Program-made: the position numbers and the translations under genes
Virus record (IMG/VR): IMGVR_UViG_3300036859_000155
Coordinates: 1 to 41,268 of that record
Reading direction: 5' to 3' (one strand)
DNA: 41,268 bases
Origin: a virus
Lineage: Duplodnaviria > Caudoviricetes
The notes under the pieces: model-generated
Databases searched by the model: none
Told to the model about the DNA's origin: nothing
What the model saw: the letters and a program-made list of their open reading frames with translations, nothing else
In this document: positions 15,284 to 24,619 of the stretch, in pieces
Layout: every line of letters starts with the position of its first letter
Position numbering within the stretch: the first letter of the stretch is position 1

Positions 15284-16375
15284 GTGACGGAACAGCAGCG
15301 TATAGAGTGGGAAGGCTTTCTAGCCCGCCTGCCCAAGTTTCTTCTGAGGGCCCTGAAGGTTGAATCCTTGTCTGACGAAGACAAGATCGCCATGATGGAG
15401 GCGTACAAGAAAGAACACCCGAATGAGGTTTTGTCACAAACCGATCCCCTGGTCAAGCCCGCCGTTTTCGGTACTGTTCCCCAGGGGCCGGGCACGTTGG
15501 CATATGAGGCTGGAGCGCGCCCCGCTTCAGCACCCACAGGCAGTGGTGCTCCCCCGCAGTTCACTCTACCGGATTTTAGTGGCGGCGCTGGTGGCCCCGC
15601 GCAGTTTATTACCCCCGAGACGTTTGCCGCAGGCACGCGAGGGGTGAACGTAGATGACTTCAAGTTCAATCTCTTCCAGCGCTTCGGCGGGGCATACGAA
15701 GGACCAACCAAGACTTTTACTCAGTGGCTGGGGGTGAATCCCTCCTCGCTATCCCCGGGGCTTCTGAAAGACGCCCAGGGCGACTACAAGGAATACCTGA
15801 GGCTTCACAAGCAACTCCAGGATGATCCCAATGCGGCCATTTTTGGGCCATACGGCGATCCAGGAGCCGAGCAGACATGGGTGGCCTACAACCGCGATCT
15901 GGCGCACGCAACGCCAGAGAAGGTTGCCAGCATTCAGAATCTCCTCCTCGCGGCCGGACTCCTGACTGAAGACAATCTGAAGGAAGACGGTCTGGGATGG
16001 TATGGCGACAACACGATCTTCTCCCTGCGCCGCGCCGCTATCGAGGCATCGGCTAAAGGACTGAACCTCGGTGATCTTTTGACCAAGAAGGGTGCACACT
16101 TTCAGGAAGAGCAACGCAAGGCCAAGAGGGGTACCGCCGCTGCTCACGCAGAGCAATCCAAAGAAGCGCATATCCAGGCGCTCACGGGGAAGTACTACTC
16201 GATATGGGGCACCCCGCCTCCTCCCGGCCTGGTGGACAAGTCGGCGGGTATGAACATCTTTGAGTTCGAGTACCTCCAGCGCCAGAATCCCGCCTTCAAG
16301 ATGTCTCCGAGGTTCCAACAGGAGCGCATTGAGGTCGAGTCGGACCTGGCGCGCAAGTTGGGATCGGCGGTATAG
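15284..16375 (+). CDS. Virion protein with possible peptidoglycan-binding-like motif
   Basis: IQNLLLAAGL...DGLGWYGDNTIFSLR resembles PG_binding_1; structural-module context. Confidence 0.55.
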   Translation: MTEQQRIEWEGFLARLPKFLLRALKVESLSDEDKIAMMEAYKKEHPNEVLSQTDPLVKPAVFGTVPQGPGTLAYEAGARPASAPTGSGAPPQFTLPDFSGGAGGPAQFITPETFAAGTRGVNVDDFKFNLFQRFGGAYEGPTKTFTQWLGVNPSSLSPGLLKDAQGDYKEYLRLHKQLQDDPNAAIFGPYGDPGAEQTWVAYNRDLAHATPEKVASIQNLLLAAGLLTEDNLKEDGLGWYGDNTIFSLRRAAIEASAKGLNLGDLLTKKGAHFQEEQRKAKRGTAAAHAEQSKEAHIQALTGKYYSIWGTPPPPGLVDKSAGMNIFEFEYLQRQNPAFKMSPRFQQERIEVESDLARKLGSAV

Positions 16376-16377
16376 GC

Positions 16378-17211
16378 ATGGCTAGCACGGCGTTGACGCG
16401 GAAGCTTCAGCAGGTTGGGTTCAATCTGCCATTCGACATTTCTCGCTACATCGAGCAAGCCATTCGGGAATTCCCCGAAGACCCGATGACCTATGCCTGG
16501 GCGCTGGTGATTCGTTCACCGGAATTCGACCGCGCCTTTCCCGGTATCAAGCGCAAGGACGGCACGCTCCGCATGAATATCCCTGACTACATGCACACCA
16601 CTGAGGCATACCGCTCCATCGCTGCGCGCTATGGCTTTGCCATCAACAATCTCACGGCGGGGCACTTGGTCAGCATGGAGGTTTCCCCCGACGAGTTCGT
16701 GGAACGCGCGGCTGCGGTACAGATTGTCAAGGCACACCCGGACGTGTTCCGTTTCCTCCAGCAGGCCGACCCGGGCAAGATGACCACCGTTCGGGACGCG
16801 GTGAACTTCGTGCTCCGCAAGGCCGACCCCGAATTCTACTCCGCATACGAGACGGCCACTTTCCAGGCCGCAGCCAAGGGAGCAGAACTGCCTATCACGC
16901 GCTCTCGCGCGCAGCAGATCGCTGCCGCTACGGCTGGGGTTATGTCTCTGGCTGAGCAGGAGTCGGCCTATCAGAAGATCGCCAAGCAGATCAGGGAGGC
17001 CGGGGCGGAGTTGAGCGCCTTCGGACTCACCCAGGCCGACCTGGAGACTATCGAGTTTGGGGTTGGGGATGATCGCGCAGGCAAGGCCCTGAGGGCCGAA
17101 CAAGCCCTGAAGCAATACCAAACCGCCGTGGGTACCGAAATTCAGGGAGAGAGCCTGGTCTTCCCGCAGGGCCGTCCTCAGACGCCCTACAGGGTTGAGG
17201 CCACCCAGTAA
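16378..17211 (+). CDS. Probable virion (internal/ejection) protein
   Basis: Helical 277 aa between large virion protein and scaffold. Confidence 0.6.
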   Translation: MASTALTRKLQQVGFNLPFDISRYIEQAIREFPEDPMTYAWALVIRSPEFDRAFPGIKRKDGTLRMNIPDYMHTTEAYRSIAARYGFAINNLTAGHLVSMEVSPDEFVERAAAVQIVKAHPDVFRFLQQADPGKMTTVRDAVNFVLRKADPEFYSAYETATFQAAAKGAELPITRSRAQQIAAATAGVMSLAEQESAYQKIAKQIREAGAELSAFGLTQADLETIEFGVGDDRAGKALRAEQALKQYQTAVGTEIQGESLVFPQGRPQTPYRVEATQ

Positions 17212-17287
17212 GCCTTCCAAGTTCTTCCAGGTATGGTATACTGTTCCTCAGTCAGCGCGATGCTGGCGATAGAGGAAGGAAGGCGCG

Positions 17288-17791
17288 ATGCCTGAGACTC
17301 CCGAGAACGAGGAGTTCGCAGAACTGGACTCCGACCACCCGGCATTGAAGGCGCTCCAGGCTGAGCGGAAGCTCAACAGGGAGCTTCGGGGGGCACTAGC
17401 ACTATCGGCAATCGTAGGGAAGTACCCCGACTTGGGGCTCTCTCCCGAGGATTTCGAAGGGCTGACTCCCGATAAGTACGAGGCTCGTGCTGCGAGATTG
17501 GCAAGCCTGCGACAGGCCGCTGCCACTCCCCCGCCAGCACCCGCCCCCGCGCTGACGCCCGAGCCGGAGCAGCAGGTAGAGTTGAGCGAAACCGAGAAGG
17601 CGTTCGCTCGCATGTCTCAGCCGTTGTCGGCAACACCGCCAGCGGCAGAGAAGAAGCTCTCCCTGAACGAAGCGCAAACGCTGTTCAAGCGTGATCGCGC
17701 CGAGTTTGAGAGGCTCCGGGCAGCAGGGCGCATCGAACTAGGCGTGAAGGCAGTGGATCGCGGAGGTTCCGTGATCTTCGAGGCGAACTGA
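17288..17791 (+). CDS. Capsid scaffolding protein
   Basis: Acidic, coiled, Pro-rich linker; directly before capsid; own promoter TGGTATACT at ~17234. Confidence 0.7.
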   Translation: MPETPENEEFAELDSDHPALKALQAERKLNRELRGALALSAIVGKYPDLGLSPEDFEGLTPDKYEARAARLASLRQAAATPPPAPAPALTPEPEQQVELSETEKAFARMSQPLSATPPAAEKKLSLNEAQTLFKRDRAEFERLRAAGRIELGVKAVDRGGSVIFEAN

Positions 17792-17821
17792 TCCCGCTGC
17801 CAGGGGGTAGGTGAAACTAAC

Positions 17822-18694
17822 ATGGCTGTAACAACTACGACCACAGCCGCCGAGCTACTCTTCGCTGAGTGGGTCAGCGCGTTTGTGATCCCCAACCTGT
17901 ACGCCTTCACGGCGGCTATTCCTTATTCGCGTCACGAGGACATGAACGGCAAGCCCGCGAAGGTTGTGTCGTGGCCCGTGGCCCCGGCCCTGACTTCGGC
18001 TGGCCTCACAGAGGGCACCGATGTCGCGCCCACCACGATCAGCGTTACGACCCAGGTACAGGCCACTCTGTCGGAAGTCGGACTCGGAATCGAGTTGACC
18101 GACCTTCTGCTGGAGTCGGACATCCTGTCGTCGGCAGACTGGTACAGCCGCCAGATGCTCCAGGCGAACGAGGTCAAGGTCAACACCGATACGACCGCGC
18201 TCTACACCGGATTCAGCACCATCGTCGGTGGTGGTGCGGCGCTGTCGGAGGCGAATTTCCTCGACGCGATCAACAAACTGGAGCAGGCTAACGCCCCGAA
18301 GCCCTTCGTCGCTGTTGTCAAGTCCAAGAACATCGGCGACCTGCGTTCGGCGCTGGCGGTTCCCGCCACGGCTGCTCTCCAGAAGTTCTCTGGAGGTCAG
18401 GACTTGGAGGCCAAGACGCGCGCCTACGGACCCGTCAACGCGGGTCAGGCGTTCGAGCACTTCGGCGTGCCGATCTTCAACGACAACACCATCACCACGA
18501 CCGACGCGGGCGTGAACAACGGAAACGCTGTTTACTCCTCGGAGTTCGCGCTGGGTTATGCCCACAAGTGGCAGAACCGCGTGGAGCTTCAGAGGCGCGC
18601 TGTCGGACGCAGCACGGCTGTTGTCCTGAGCACGGCAAAGGCTGAAGCTGAACTCAAAGATGCGGCTGGCGTCCTCTTGAAGGCCGCTGTGTAA
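17822..18694 (+). CDS. Major capsid protein
   Basis: 290 aa after scaffold; HK97-like features LTEGTD, KLEQANAP, FGVPIF; strong codon bias. Confidence 0.85.
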   Translation: MAVTTTTTAAELLFAEWVSAFVIPNLYAFTAAIPYSRHEDMNGKPAKVVSWPVAPALTSAGLTEGTDVAPTTISVTTQVQATLSEVGLGIELTDLLLESDILSSADWYSRQMLQANEVKVNTDTTALYTGFSTIVGGGAALSEANFLDAINKLEQANAPKPFVAVVKSKNIGDLRSALAVPATAALQKFSGGQDLEAKTRAYGPVNAGQAFEHFGVPIFNDNTITTTDAGVNNGNAVYSSEFALGYAHKWQNRVELQRRAVGRSTAVVLSTAKAEAELKDAAGVLLKAAV

Positions 18695-19128
18695 TGCCTC
18701 GTCCTAGCGTGGAAGCACTGTCTGGGGAGCGCGAGGCTCCTCGGGCAGTGCTTCTAGCACGAGAACGAAGACGTAGGTGGCGGGAGAAGAATCCTGATTA
18801 CATGCGTCAGTATCGAGCGGATCATCCTGAGAAATGGATATTCCCGCTGACCGAAGCCCAGCGAGAATCCAAGCGACGCTGGGATCGCAAGAACCGCAGG
18901 CTGAAAAACGCACAAAGGCGAACACGGGAGCGGAGAGCCGGGGGATTCAGTACGGCGACCGATGTCGCTGCCAGGATGTCCTTCTGGGGCTACCGCTGTT
19001 GGAGATGTGGTGGTCCCTTCGAACACGTAGATCACGTAATTCCGCTGGCGCGTGGTGGAACTAACTGGCCCGCGAATTTACGCCCATCATGTGCCCATTG
19101 TAACTTGTCGGCAGGAGGGAGATTGTAG
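18694..19128 (+). CDS. HNH endonuclease
   Basis: CWRCG...HVDHVIPLARGGTNWPANLRPSCAHCN. Confidence 0.92.
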   Translation: MPRPSVEALSGEREAPRAVLLARERRRRWREKNPDYMRQYRADHPEKWIFPLTEAQRESKRRWDRKNRRLKNAQRRTRERRAGGFSTATDVAARMSFWGYRCWRCGGPFEHVDHVIPLARGGTNWPANLRPSCAHCNLSAGGRL

Positions 19129-19331
19129 TGTCCAAGAAAGAGAAGGAACGAGTGCAGGTCGGTAGCGTCAAGGCTGTCTTTGCCGACCCGGAAGTGGGCA
19201 AGGTAGTAGTGCGCGTCCCGGTCTTCGAAGACGACGATGCTGCTGCCGTGGAGGCAGAGGTTCGCGCCGCAGCCAACGCAACAAGGGCTGTACGCGATCT
19301 GAAGCCCGAAGAGGAAACAGGGGAGGAGTAG
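19128..19331 (+). CDS. Hypothetical protein
   Basis: RBS ggaggg; operon context. Confidence 0.65.
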   Translation: MSKKEKERVQVGSVKAVFADPEVGKVVVRVPVFEDDDAAAVEAEVRAAANATRAVRDLKPEEETGEE

Positions 19332-19334
19332 TCA

Positions 19335-19865
19335 ATGAGCGATGTCGAGACAGCGGTGGCCGAGATGGTTGCCGAAGGCTCGCCCGAAACCTCGGTGGGG
19401 ACGGAAGAGCAGTCCGAACTCGAAGCTCTGAGAGCCCGCATCCGAGAGTTGGAGGCGGTGAACGAGGTCAAGATCGTTCGGACGGAAGTGGAGCCGGACT
19501 ATGCTTGGCCGAAGATGACAGAGGAGCAACGCAAGCGCAACATCGTTGGGGGCCAAGCGGTAACTCGCGTGGTCAAGGTCACATATACTGACCCGGAGAA
19601 GCGTTTCTGGAGCGGCCCGCAGGGCAAAACTGTCCATATCGGCCAGCACCGCGTACCGATGGCTGATGGCAAGTGGGACGTGGATCGTCTCTTCCTGGAG
19701 CTACGTCGCAACAAGCTCGTGCTCCTAGAGGAAGCCTTCGCCGAGGCCCCGCACTACTGCGAAATCAACGAGTGCTGGGACGCGGCAACCGATGGTTCGT
19801 TCTGTACCAATCGACATCGTGACGCCGCGTTGTCGGCCCACGAGAGGATGTACAAGTTCGAATGA
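19335..19865 (+). CDS. Hypothetical protein
   Basis: RBS ggagga; C-terminal C/H cluster. Confidence 0.7.
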   Translation: MSDVETAVAEMVAEGSPETSVGTEEQSELEALRARIRELEAVNEVKIVRTEVEPDYAWPKMTEEQRKRNIVGGQAVTRVVKVTYTDPEKRFWSGPQGKTVHIGQHRVPMADGKWDVDRLFLELRRNKLVLLEEAFAEAPHYCEINECWDAATDGSFCTNRHRDAALSAHERMYKFE

Positions 19866-20437
19866 CACTGGGAATCAATCTTGAACAGCCCTTCGCTTCC
19901 GAAGAACGTCAGGCTATTCTCGAAGCGGAGAGGTCTGCGGCGGCTATGGGCGTTCTGCCGGATGATCGGGAGAAACGCCAGGCGATCATCGGCCGTCTCC
20001 GGCGTCGTCTTGCGGCTGCCGGTAAGGGGTTTGCGTTCAACCTACCGGAAACGGTAGTTCGAGTAGACGAACAGGGTGTCGCCAGGATCATCCCCAAGTC
20101 ACAAGCGGTGGGATGGATGCCGGGGCTTCCGGCCTCGCCGGATACCAAGGATGTCACGTCGCGCGGCGCGCAGGACGGCAGAACCCGCCCGCACCGTGAG
20201 CGTGTGGCGTTCTCGGACCCCGGCCCCATCCAGCCCGTAGACCCCAGGGTTGCCGCATCGCGCTTCCATGCTAGAATACGGGATGAACTGGTGCAAACCG
20301 GGCGTATTCCTCTCGCGCTACAGCAGGAACTAGCAGTAGAAGGGTGGAAACTCGGTCAGCCGGTGCCGCTCAAGAAGGTTGCCGACTGGTGCGCTCGATT
20401 CCAGACGGAATTTCACAACCGCTACGGAGGAAGATAA
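19862..20437 (+). CDS. Hypothetical protein
   Basis: ATGA coupling. Confidence 0.65.
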   Translation: MTLGINLEQPFASEERQAILEAERSAAAMGVLPDDREKRQAIIGRLRRRLAAAGKGFAFNLPETVVRVDEQGVARIIPKSQAVGWMPGLPASPDTKDVTSRGAQDGRTRPHRERVAFSDPGPIQPVDPRVAASRFHARIRDELVQTGRIPLALQQELAVEGWKLGQPVPLKKVADWCARFQTEFHNRYGGR

Positions 20438-20742
20438 TGGCTGCTAGGGCCTTCCCAAAGAAGTTCACCGCCTCGGGCGCTCTCGCGCTGTCGCAAGTAG
20501 TGTCATGGTCGGTACGTGAGAACAACGCCGTTGCCGCCCCCGCCACGGTTCTGCTCCGCAGGGGCACCGTCGCTGGAGATATCATCATCGCCATCGAACT
20601 TGCGGCCAACGCCAGCGATCACGCTGAGTATGTCTCCCCGATAGATTTCTCCGTCGATGACACGGGCGCTCCGGTCGCCGGACAGCGCGTCTTCGTAGAT
20701 GTGGTGTCGGGCACGGTTGATGGCGCCGTCTGCGGGTTCTAA
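20437..20742 (+). CDS. Small beta-rich virion protein
   Basis: Start reassigned to MAARAF (TAATG coupling, RBS ggagg). Confidence 0.65.
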   Translation: MAARAFPKKFTASGALALSQVVSWSVRENNAVAAPATVLLRRGTVAGDIIIAIELAANASDHAEYVSPIDFSVDDTGAPVAGQRVFVDVVSGTVDGAVCGF

Positions 20743-20745
20743 AAC

Positions 20746-22044
20746 ATGGCTGGCATCATTGAGGGTCGCAGGGCGGGCGACCCAAGGCCCATTTCCTCGA
20801 TAGATGACGCGGGTGTAGAGCGCCTCGCGGTTGACTCCGTTGTATCTGCCGTCTCTGAGATCAATACCGACGCAGAGAACGACGAGATGGCAGTTTTTGG
20901 TGGCGTGAATGGTAGCGAAACCGCCGACGCCGCCACTCGCCAGATCATCAATGTTGGAGCCGAGGGCTCCGTTCGCACCGACACGAAGTTCGTTGGTGGC
21001 AACCTGACCTCGGTTGATGGCGGTAGGCAACAAGTGAACGCCACCCTCCAGGTCGCCGACACTGATGTAGCTAACGGTAATCCGGTTCCGGTTTCAGACG
21101 CCGCAGGCTCTCTGACCGTAGATAACCCCGCTCTCTCCGTGGTTGGTGCTGGCGCGGAGGCTACCGCCCAGCGCGTAACCCTCGCTACCGAATCCCTGAG
21201 CGCCCTAGAGGCAATCACGGTACAGAACCCCGCAGGGGCATCTGCGGTCAATGTTCAAGATGGTGGCAACGTCCTCTCCGTTGACGACGCAGCGGGCTCC
21301 CTGACGGTAGATAACCCTACCCTGTCGGTTGTTGGTGCTGGCGCGGAGGCTACCGCACAGAGGGTCACTCTTGCTACCGAGTCTTTGTCGGCCCTGGAAT
21401 CAATTACTGTCCAGAACCCTGCTGGTGCTAGTGCGGTAAACGTACAAGATGGTGGCAACAGTCTCACCGTAGATCAGGTCACGGCTGCCAATCTCAACGC
21501 TCAGGTCGTTGGTGATGTTGCTCACGATGGCGTGGACGCAGGCAACCCAGTCAAGATGGGCGGAAAGGCTGTCGCTCATGGTGCTAACCCTGTTGCGGTT
21601 GCCGCGGCCGACCGGACCAACTTCTACGCCAACCGGCACGGTGTTCAGTTCGTCATGGGTGGACACCCGAACTCGATCACGGTGGAATACAACACCACTG
21701 CCGCACAGACGGACGATGAAATCCTGGGTATCACAGTCGCGGCAGGGACCATTGTCGTAGTGACCAGGATTGATGTGACTCTGGACGAAGCCACCACGGT
21801 TGGAGTGGGCTTCCGTGTCGGCTTCGGCGCTGCCAGCGTGCCTGCAGAGGCCGTTTCGGGATCGAGCGTCAGCGGTATAGTGGCCTCGCACCCCGGCCTG
21901 GTTCCTGGTGGAGGTATGACCAAGGGAGACGGAGGCGGGATCATTGGGATTGGCGCCGATGGACAGGAACTCCGCATCACCAATGAGGTTCCCACCAGTG
22001 GTAAGCTTCGCGTTGTGACCACCTACTACACCATCGAGAGTTGA
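20746..22044 (+). CDS. Fibre/decoration-like structural protein with internal 63-aa tandem repeat
   Basis: V/A/G/T-rich; DAAGSLTVDNP...VQDGGN occurs twice. Confidence 0.7.
   Translation: MAGIIEGRRAGDPRPISSIDDAGVERLAVDSVVSAVSEINTDAENDEMAVFGGVNGSETADAATRQIINVGAEGSVRTDTKFVGGNLTSVDGGRQQVNATLQVADTDVANGNPVPVSDAAGSLTVDNPALSVVGAGAEATAQRVTLATESLSALEAITVQNPAGASAVNVQDGGNVLSVDDAAGSLTVDNPTLSVVGAGAEATAQRVTLATESLSALESITVQNPAGASAVNVQDGGNSLTVDQVTAANLNAQVVGDVAHDGVDAGNPVKMGGKAVAHGANPVAVAAADRTNFYANRHGVQFVMGGHPNSITVEYNTTAAQTDDEILGITVAAGTIVVVTRIDVTLDEATTVGVGFRVGFGAASVPAEAVSGSSVSGIVASHPGLVPGGGMTKGDGGGIIGIGADGQELRITNEVPTSGKLRVVTTYYTIES
21097..21474 (+). repeat. Two tandem 189-bp coding repeats
   Basis: Units at 21097 and 21286; near-identical peptide, many synonymous differences. 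Confidence 0.85.
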
Positions 22045-22045
22045 G

Positions 22046-22273
22046 ATGTTCCGCAAGGCGGACCCGACCTCGGACATGACCCTACGCCAGAAAGCTAACT
22101 TCGAGTATGAGCGACTGAAGAGACGCGAGCGCATCAAGATTAGGGCCAAGTGGAAGAAGACGCTCTATAAGCGCGCACGTCATTTTGAGCAGGAGATGCT
22201 GAAGGCGCGTGCCGAGCGGGACCAGTTGGAGATTCTCGTGAAGCAATACCGAGCGAGGTTGAAGGATGGGTAG
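22046..22273 (+). CDS. Basic coiled-coil protein
   Basis: Fills gap in operon. Confidence 0.55.
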   Translation: MFRKADPTSDMTLRQKANFEYERLKRRERIKIRAKWKKTLYKRARHFEQEMLKARAERDQLEILVKQYRARLKDG

Positions 22274-22967
22274 AAAACTTTTGGCTGGCGCCAACCCTCC
22301 GACGTTTGGCTCCGATGCTTCTATTGATAACTTTTCCACTGCTTCGAGGGCGTTGTGGACGTTCCTCTCCGCCGCCGATCCCGGCACTGTCGGGCCGGTC
22401 AACATTCTGACCAAAAGTGACGGGGTCGATTTGACACCTACAGGTTGGCAAATCAAATTTCAGGGGAGTGTAACCTCTGATGGGCATATTCTTTTTGTCC
22501 AGGATTTTGCCACTACGGATGGGACTTGGATTACTCCAGATAATAGTTTCATCGGAGCAAAGCCCGCCCATCTTGCCGTTTCTTATGACAGGGGTAGCAC
22601 AGCCAATGACCCCGATATTTACATAGATGGAGCACTTCAGGCAGAACTAGAACTAGGGACACCGCTAGGAGCGTCTAATGGAGATGCTGCTGAAGTTCTA
22701 ACCCTCCAATCGTTCAATGACGACGACAAGGTTGGCTGGTTAGTTTATGACGACCAGACCTTTACTGCTGCTGATGTCAACCGCCATCGTTGGTGGGGCG
22801 TTGCTCCTGGCGGCCCCTCAACAGTAGCGGTGTGGCATCCGATGTGGACAAGCGCAACAGGGAACAAGGGAACGGCCAGCGCCGACCTGATCGTTGGTGA
22901 TTCACAAATGATTGACTTTTCTCGCGTAGAGCGAATGTACGGCTCCATGATGGGTGTTGGCCGGTGA
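22266..22967 (+). CDS. LamG/concanavalin A-like lectin-fold protein
   Basis: HLAVSYD...IYIDG motif; lower GC than neighbours. Confidence 0.65.
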   Translation: MGRKLLAGANPPTFGSDASIDNFSTASRALWTFLSAADPGTVGPVNILTKSDGVDLTPTGWQIKFQGSVTSDGHILFVQDFATTDGTWITPDNSFIGAKPAHLAVSYDRGSTANDPDIYIDGALQAELELGTPLGASNGDAAEVLTLQSFNDDDKVGWLVYDDQTFTAADVNRHRWWGVAPGGPSTVAVWHPMWTSATGNKGTASADLIVGDSQMIDFSRVERMYGSMMGVGR

Positions 22968-23006
22968 GCAAGGTAGCCTGGTATAATCTTCCAGGGAGGT
23001 AGAAAA

Positions 23007-23432
23007 GTGCCGTCTTACCTGATAATGGGCGATGCCGCCAAGAGGTATCCGAGTCGCCTGAAGAGTGTCGAGCATCGCCTGTTGGTGATCGAAGTCCTTC
23101 TGGTGGTTCCCCTGCTCTACAAATTCGCAGAGCGGCTCTACTACAAGGCGACTCGTCGCCGCATCCTGAAATGGGCAGGTTACAACCTGCGGGAGGAGAG
23201 GATTTTCGTGAACTGGAAGGATATCGTAGAGCGTGCGGGCTTTGCTGGGGCCTTCGCTGCTGCTGGAGTGCTCTTGGCTGATTCAGCCAACTTGATGTCG
23301 GTGGCGCTCTGGAAGGCTGCCGGAGTGGCGGGCTTCGCCGCCGCGCTCTCCGTGCTGAAGAATTACTACAAGCAGTGGAAGGCTCTACCCAAGGAACCTA
23401 CGGAGGCTACCCCAATTGCCGACTCTTCCTAA
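23007..23432 (+). CDS. Holin (r1t-like) with in-frame internal start at 23208
   Basis: NWKDIVERA...W-KAAGVAGFAAALSVLK; RBS before both GTG 23007 and GTG 23208. Confidence 0.7.
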   Translation: MPSYLIMGDAAKRYPSRLKSVEHRLLVIEVLLVVPLLYKFAERLYYKATRRRILKWAGYNLREERIFVNWKDIVERAGFAGAFAAAGVLLADSANLMSVALWKAAGVAGFAAALSVLKNYYKQWKALPKEPTEATPIADSS

Positions 23433-24378
23433 CGCAACGGTAGACCTGAGCGGCGGTGCCGGGATCACCAAGGCACTTTTGGTGGCCCGGCTCCTGCGTA
23501 GGCTGGACGATAACCCCTGGGTGGATGTCCACACAAACGCAATAAACACAACGGACGCCAGCCTTACCGTTGCTTCGGATGCCACCAAGAAGTATCAGAT
23601 CGGTGGCTATATTGATTGGGTGGCCGATGGTACGTTCGAGACGGCCAAGATCACCGCTGTCACGGCCACCACGCTGACTATCGAGCGGGGGCACCGCGAG
23701 ACGACCGCTGGCGTCCACGCCGCGGGGGCCAAGTTCCGCTACTTGGGACGCTTCCAGCCGCTCATGCTCTCTGAAGTTGTAGACGACATCCTGGATTCAA
23801 TGTGGCCCGAACTTTTCGACGTGCGACACGTCGATTGGACTATCTCCACCAGCGCAACACCTGAGTTGTGGTACGGTCTGCCCGCCGACGCGGAGCGGGT
23901 GCTGGAGTTGTATCAACACACCAACTCGACGCCGGTGGATAACCGTGTACCGTCGGCCTGGATGGGACCGCATTGGCAGGAGACGGCCTTTCTCGGTGGC
24001 TCGGTCCCGAAGGCACTACAGGTCTACGGAACGGCCATGAACAGCAATGACAACAAACTCCACGGTATCTACATCGCCCGCCTGTTGCTCACCAACCTGA
24101 CCTCAGAGCAGACCGCCATTCTCGTCTACATGGCTGGCGCTGTGGCGCTTCAGACGGTGATCGCGGGAGAGACTAAGCCCGAGCGTCGTTCGAGTGTCCA
24201 GGGAGCACCCACTCCCGACGTGGCAGCGCAATTCTGGATGCGAGAAGCGGCCGAGTTGAAGCGCAAGGAACAGGAACGCTTGATGGAGTACCTGCCTCGC
24301 CGCAACCGCGTGAAGTACCGTGGTGGTAGGCATTACACCGATGCCACGTTCGCCTACCATCCTGTTCGTTCCTACTGA
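23416..24378 (+). CDS. Tail adaptor/tubular protein A-like
   Basis: Context before nozzle-like gene; LTIERG...TTAGVHAAGA; YGLPAD motif. Confidence 0.55.
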   Translation: MPTLPNATVDLSGGAGITKALLVARLLRRLDDNPWVDVHTNAINTTDASLTVASDATKKYQIGGYIDWVADGTFETAKITAVTATTLTIERGHRETTAGVHAAGAKFRYLGRFQPLMLSEVVDDILDSMWPELFDVRHVDWTISTSATPELWYGLPADAERVLELYQHTNSTPVDNRVPSAWMGPHWQETAFLGGSVPKALQVYGTAMNSNDNKLHGIYIARLLLTNLTSEQTAILVYMAGAVALQTVIAGETKPERRSSVQGAPTPDVAAQFWMREAAELKRKEQERLMEYLPRRNRVKYRGGRHYTDATFAYHPVRSY

Positions 24379-24388
24379 GGATGCGGCG

Positions 24389-24619
24389 ATGGCCTGGTTC
24401 AAGATGGCAGCGATCACCTGGGCTTTGGTGGTGGGTACGGTTGTTGGGCTTCGTGTTAGTTCGCCTACCGTCGAAATCAAGGTACCGAACAAGATCGAAG
24501 TGGGAGGCGCGGTGAAGGTAGACCATCAGGTGAACGGCATTCCCTCTATCCCGAAGCAATTCACTATCGTTGTCGAAGGCAAGACCTATGTTGTTGTTGA
24601 AGGAATCCCGACCCCATGA
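24389..24619 (+). CDS. Small membrane-anchored protein
   Basis: MAWFKMAAITWALVVGTVVGL transmembrane segment; ATGA coupling downstream. Confidence 0.55.
   Translation: MAWFKMAAITWALVVGTVVGLRVSSPTVEIKVPNKIEVGGAVKVDHQVNGIPSIPKQFTIVVEGKTYVVVEGIPTP

Noticed and set aside
10012-22149. Long minus-strand ORFs opposite structural genes (e.g. 10012-10908, 16516-17220, 17855-18565, 21400-22149)
   Set aside because: Shadow frames caused by high-GC codon bias; no motifs or translation signals.
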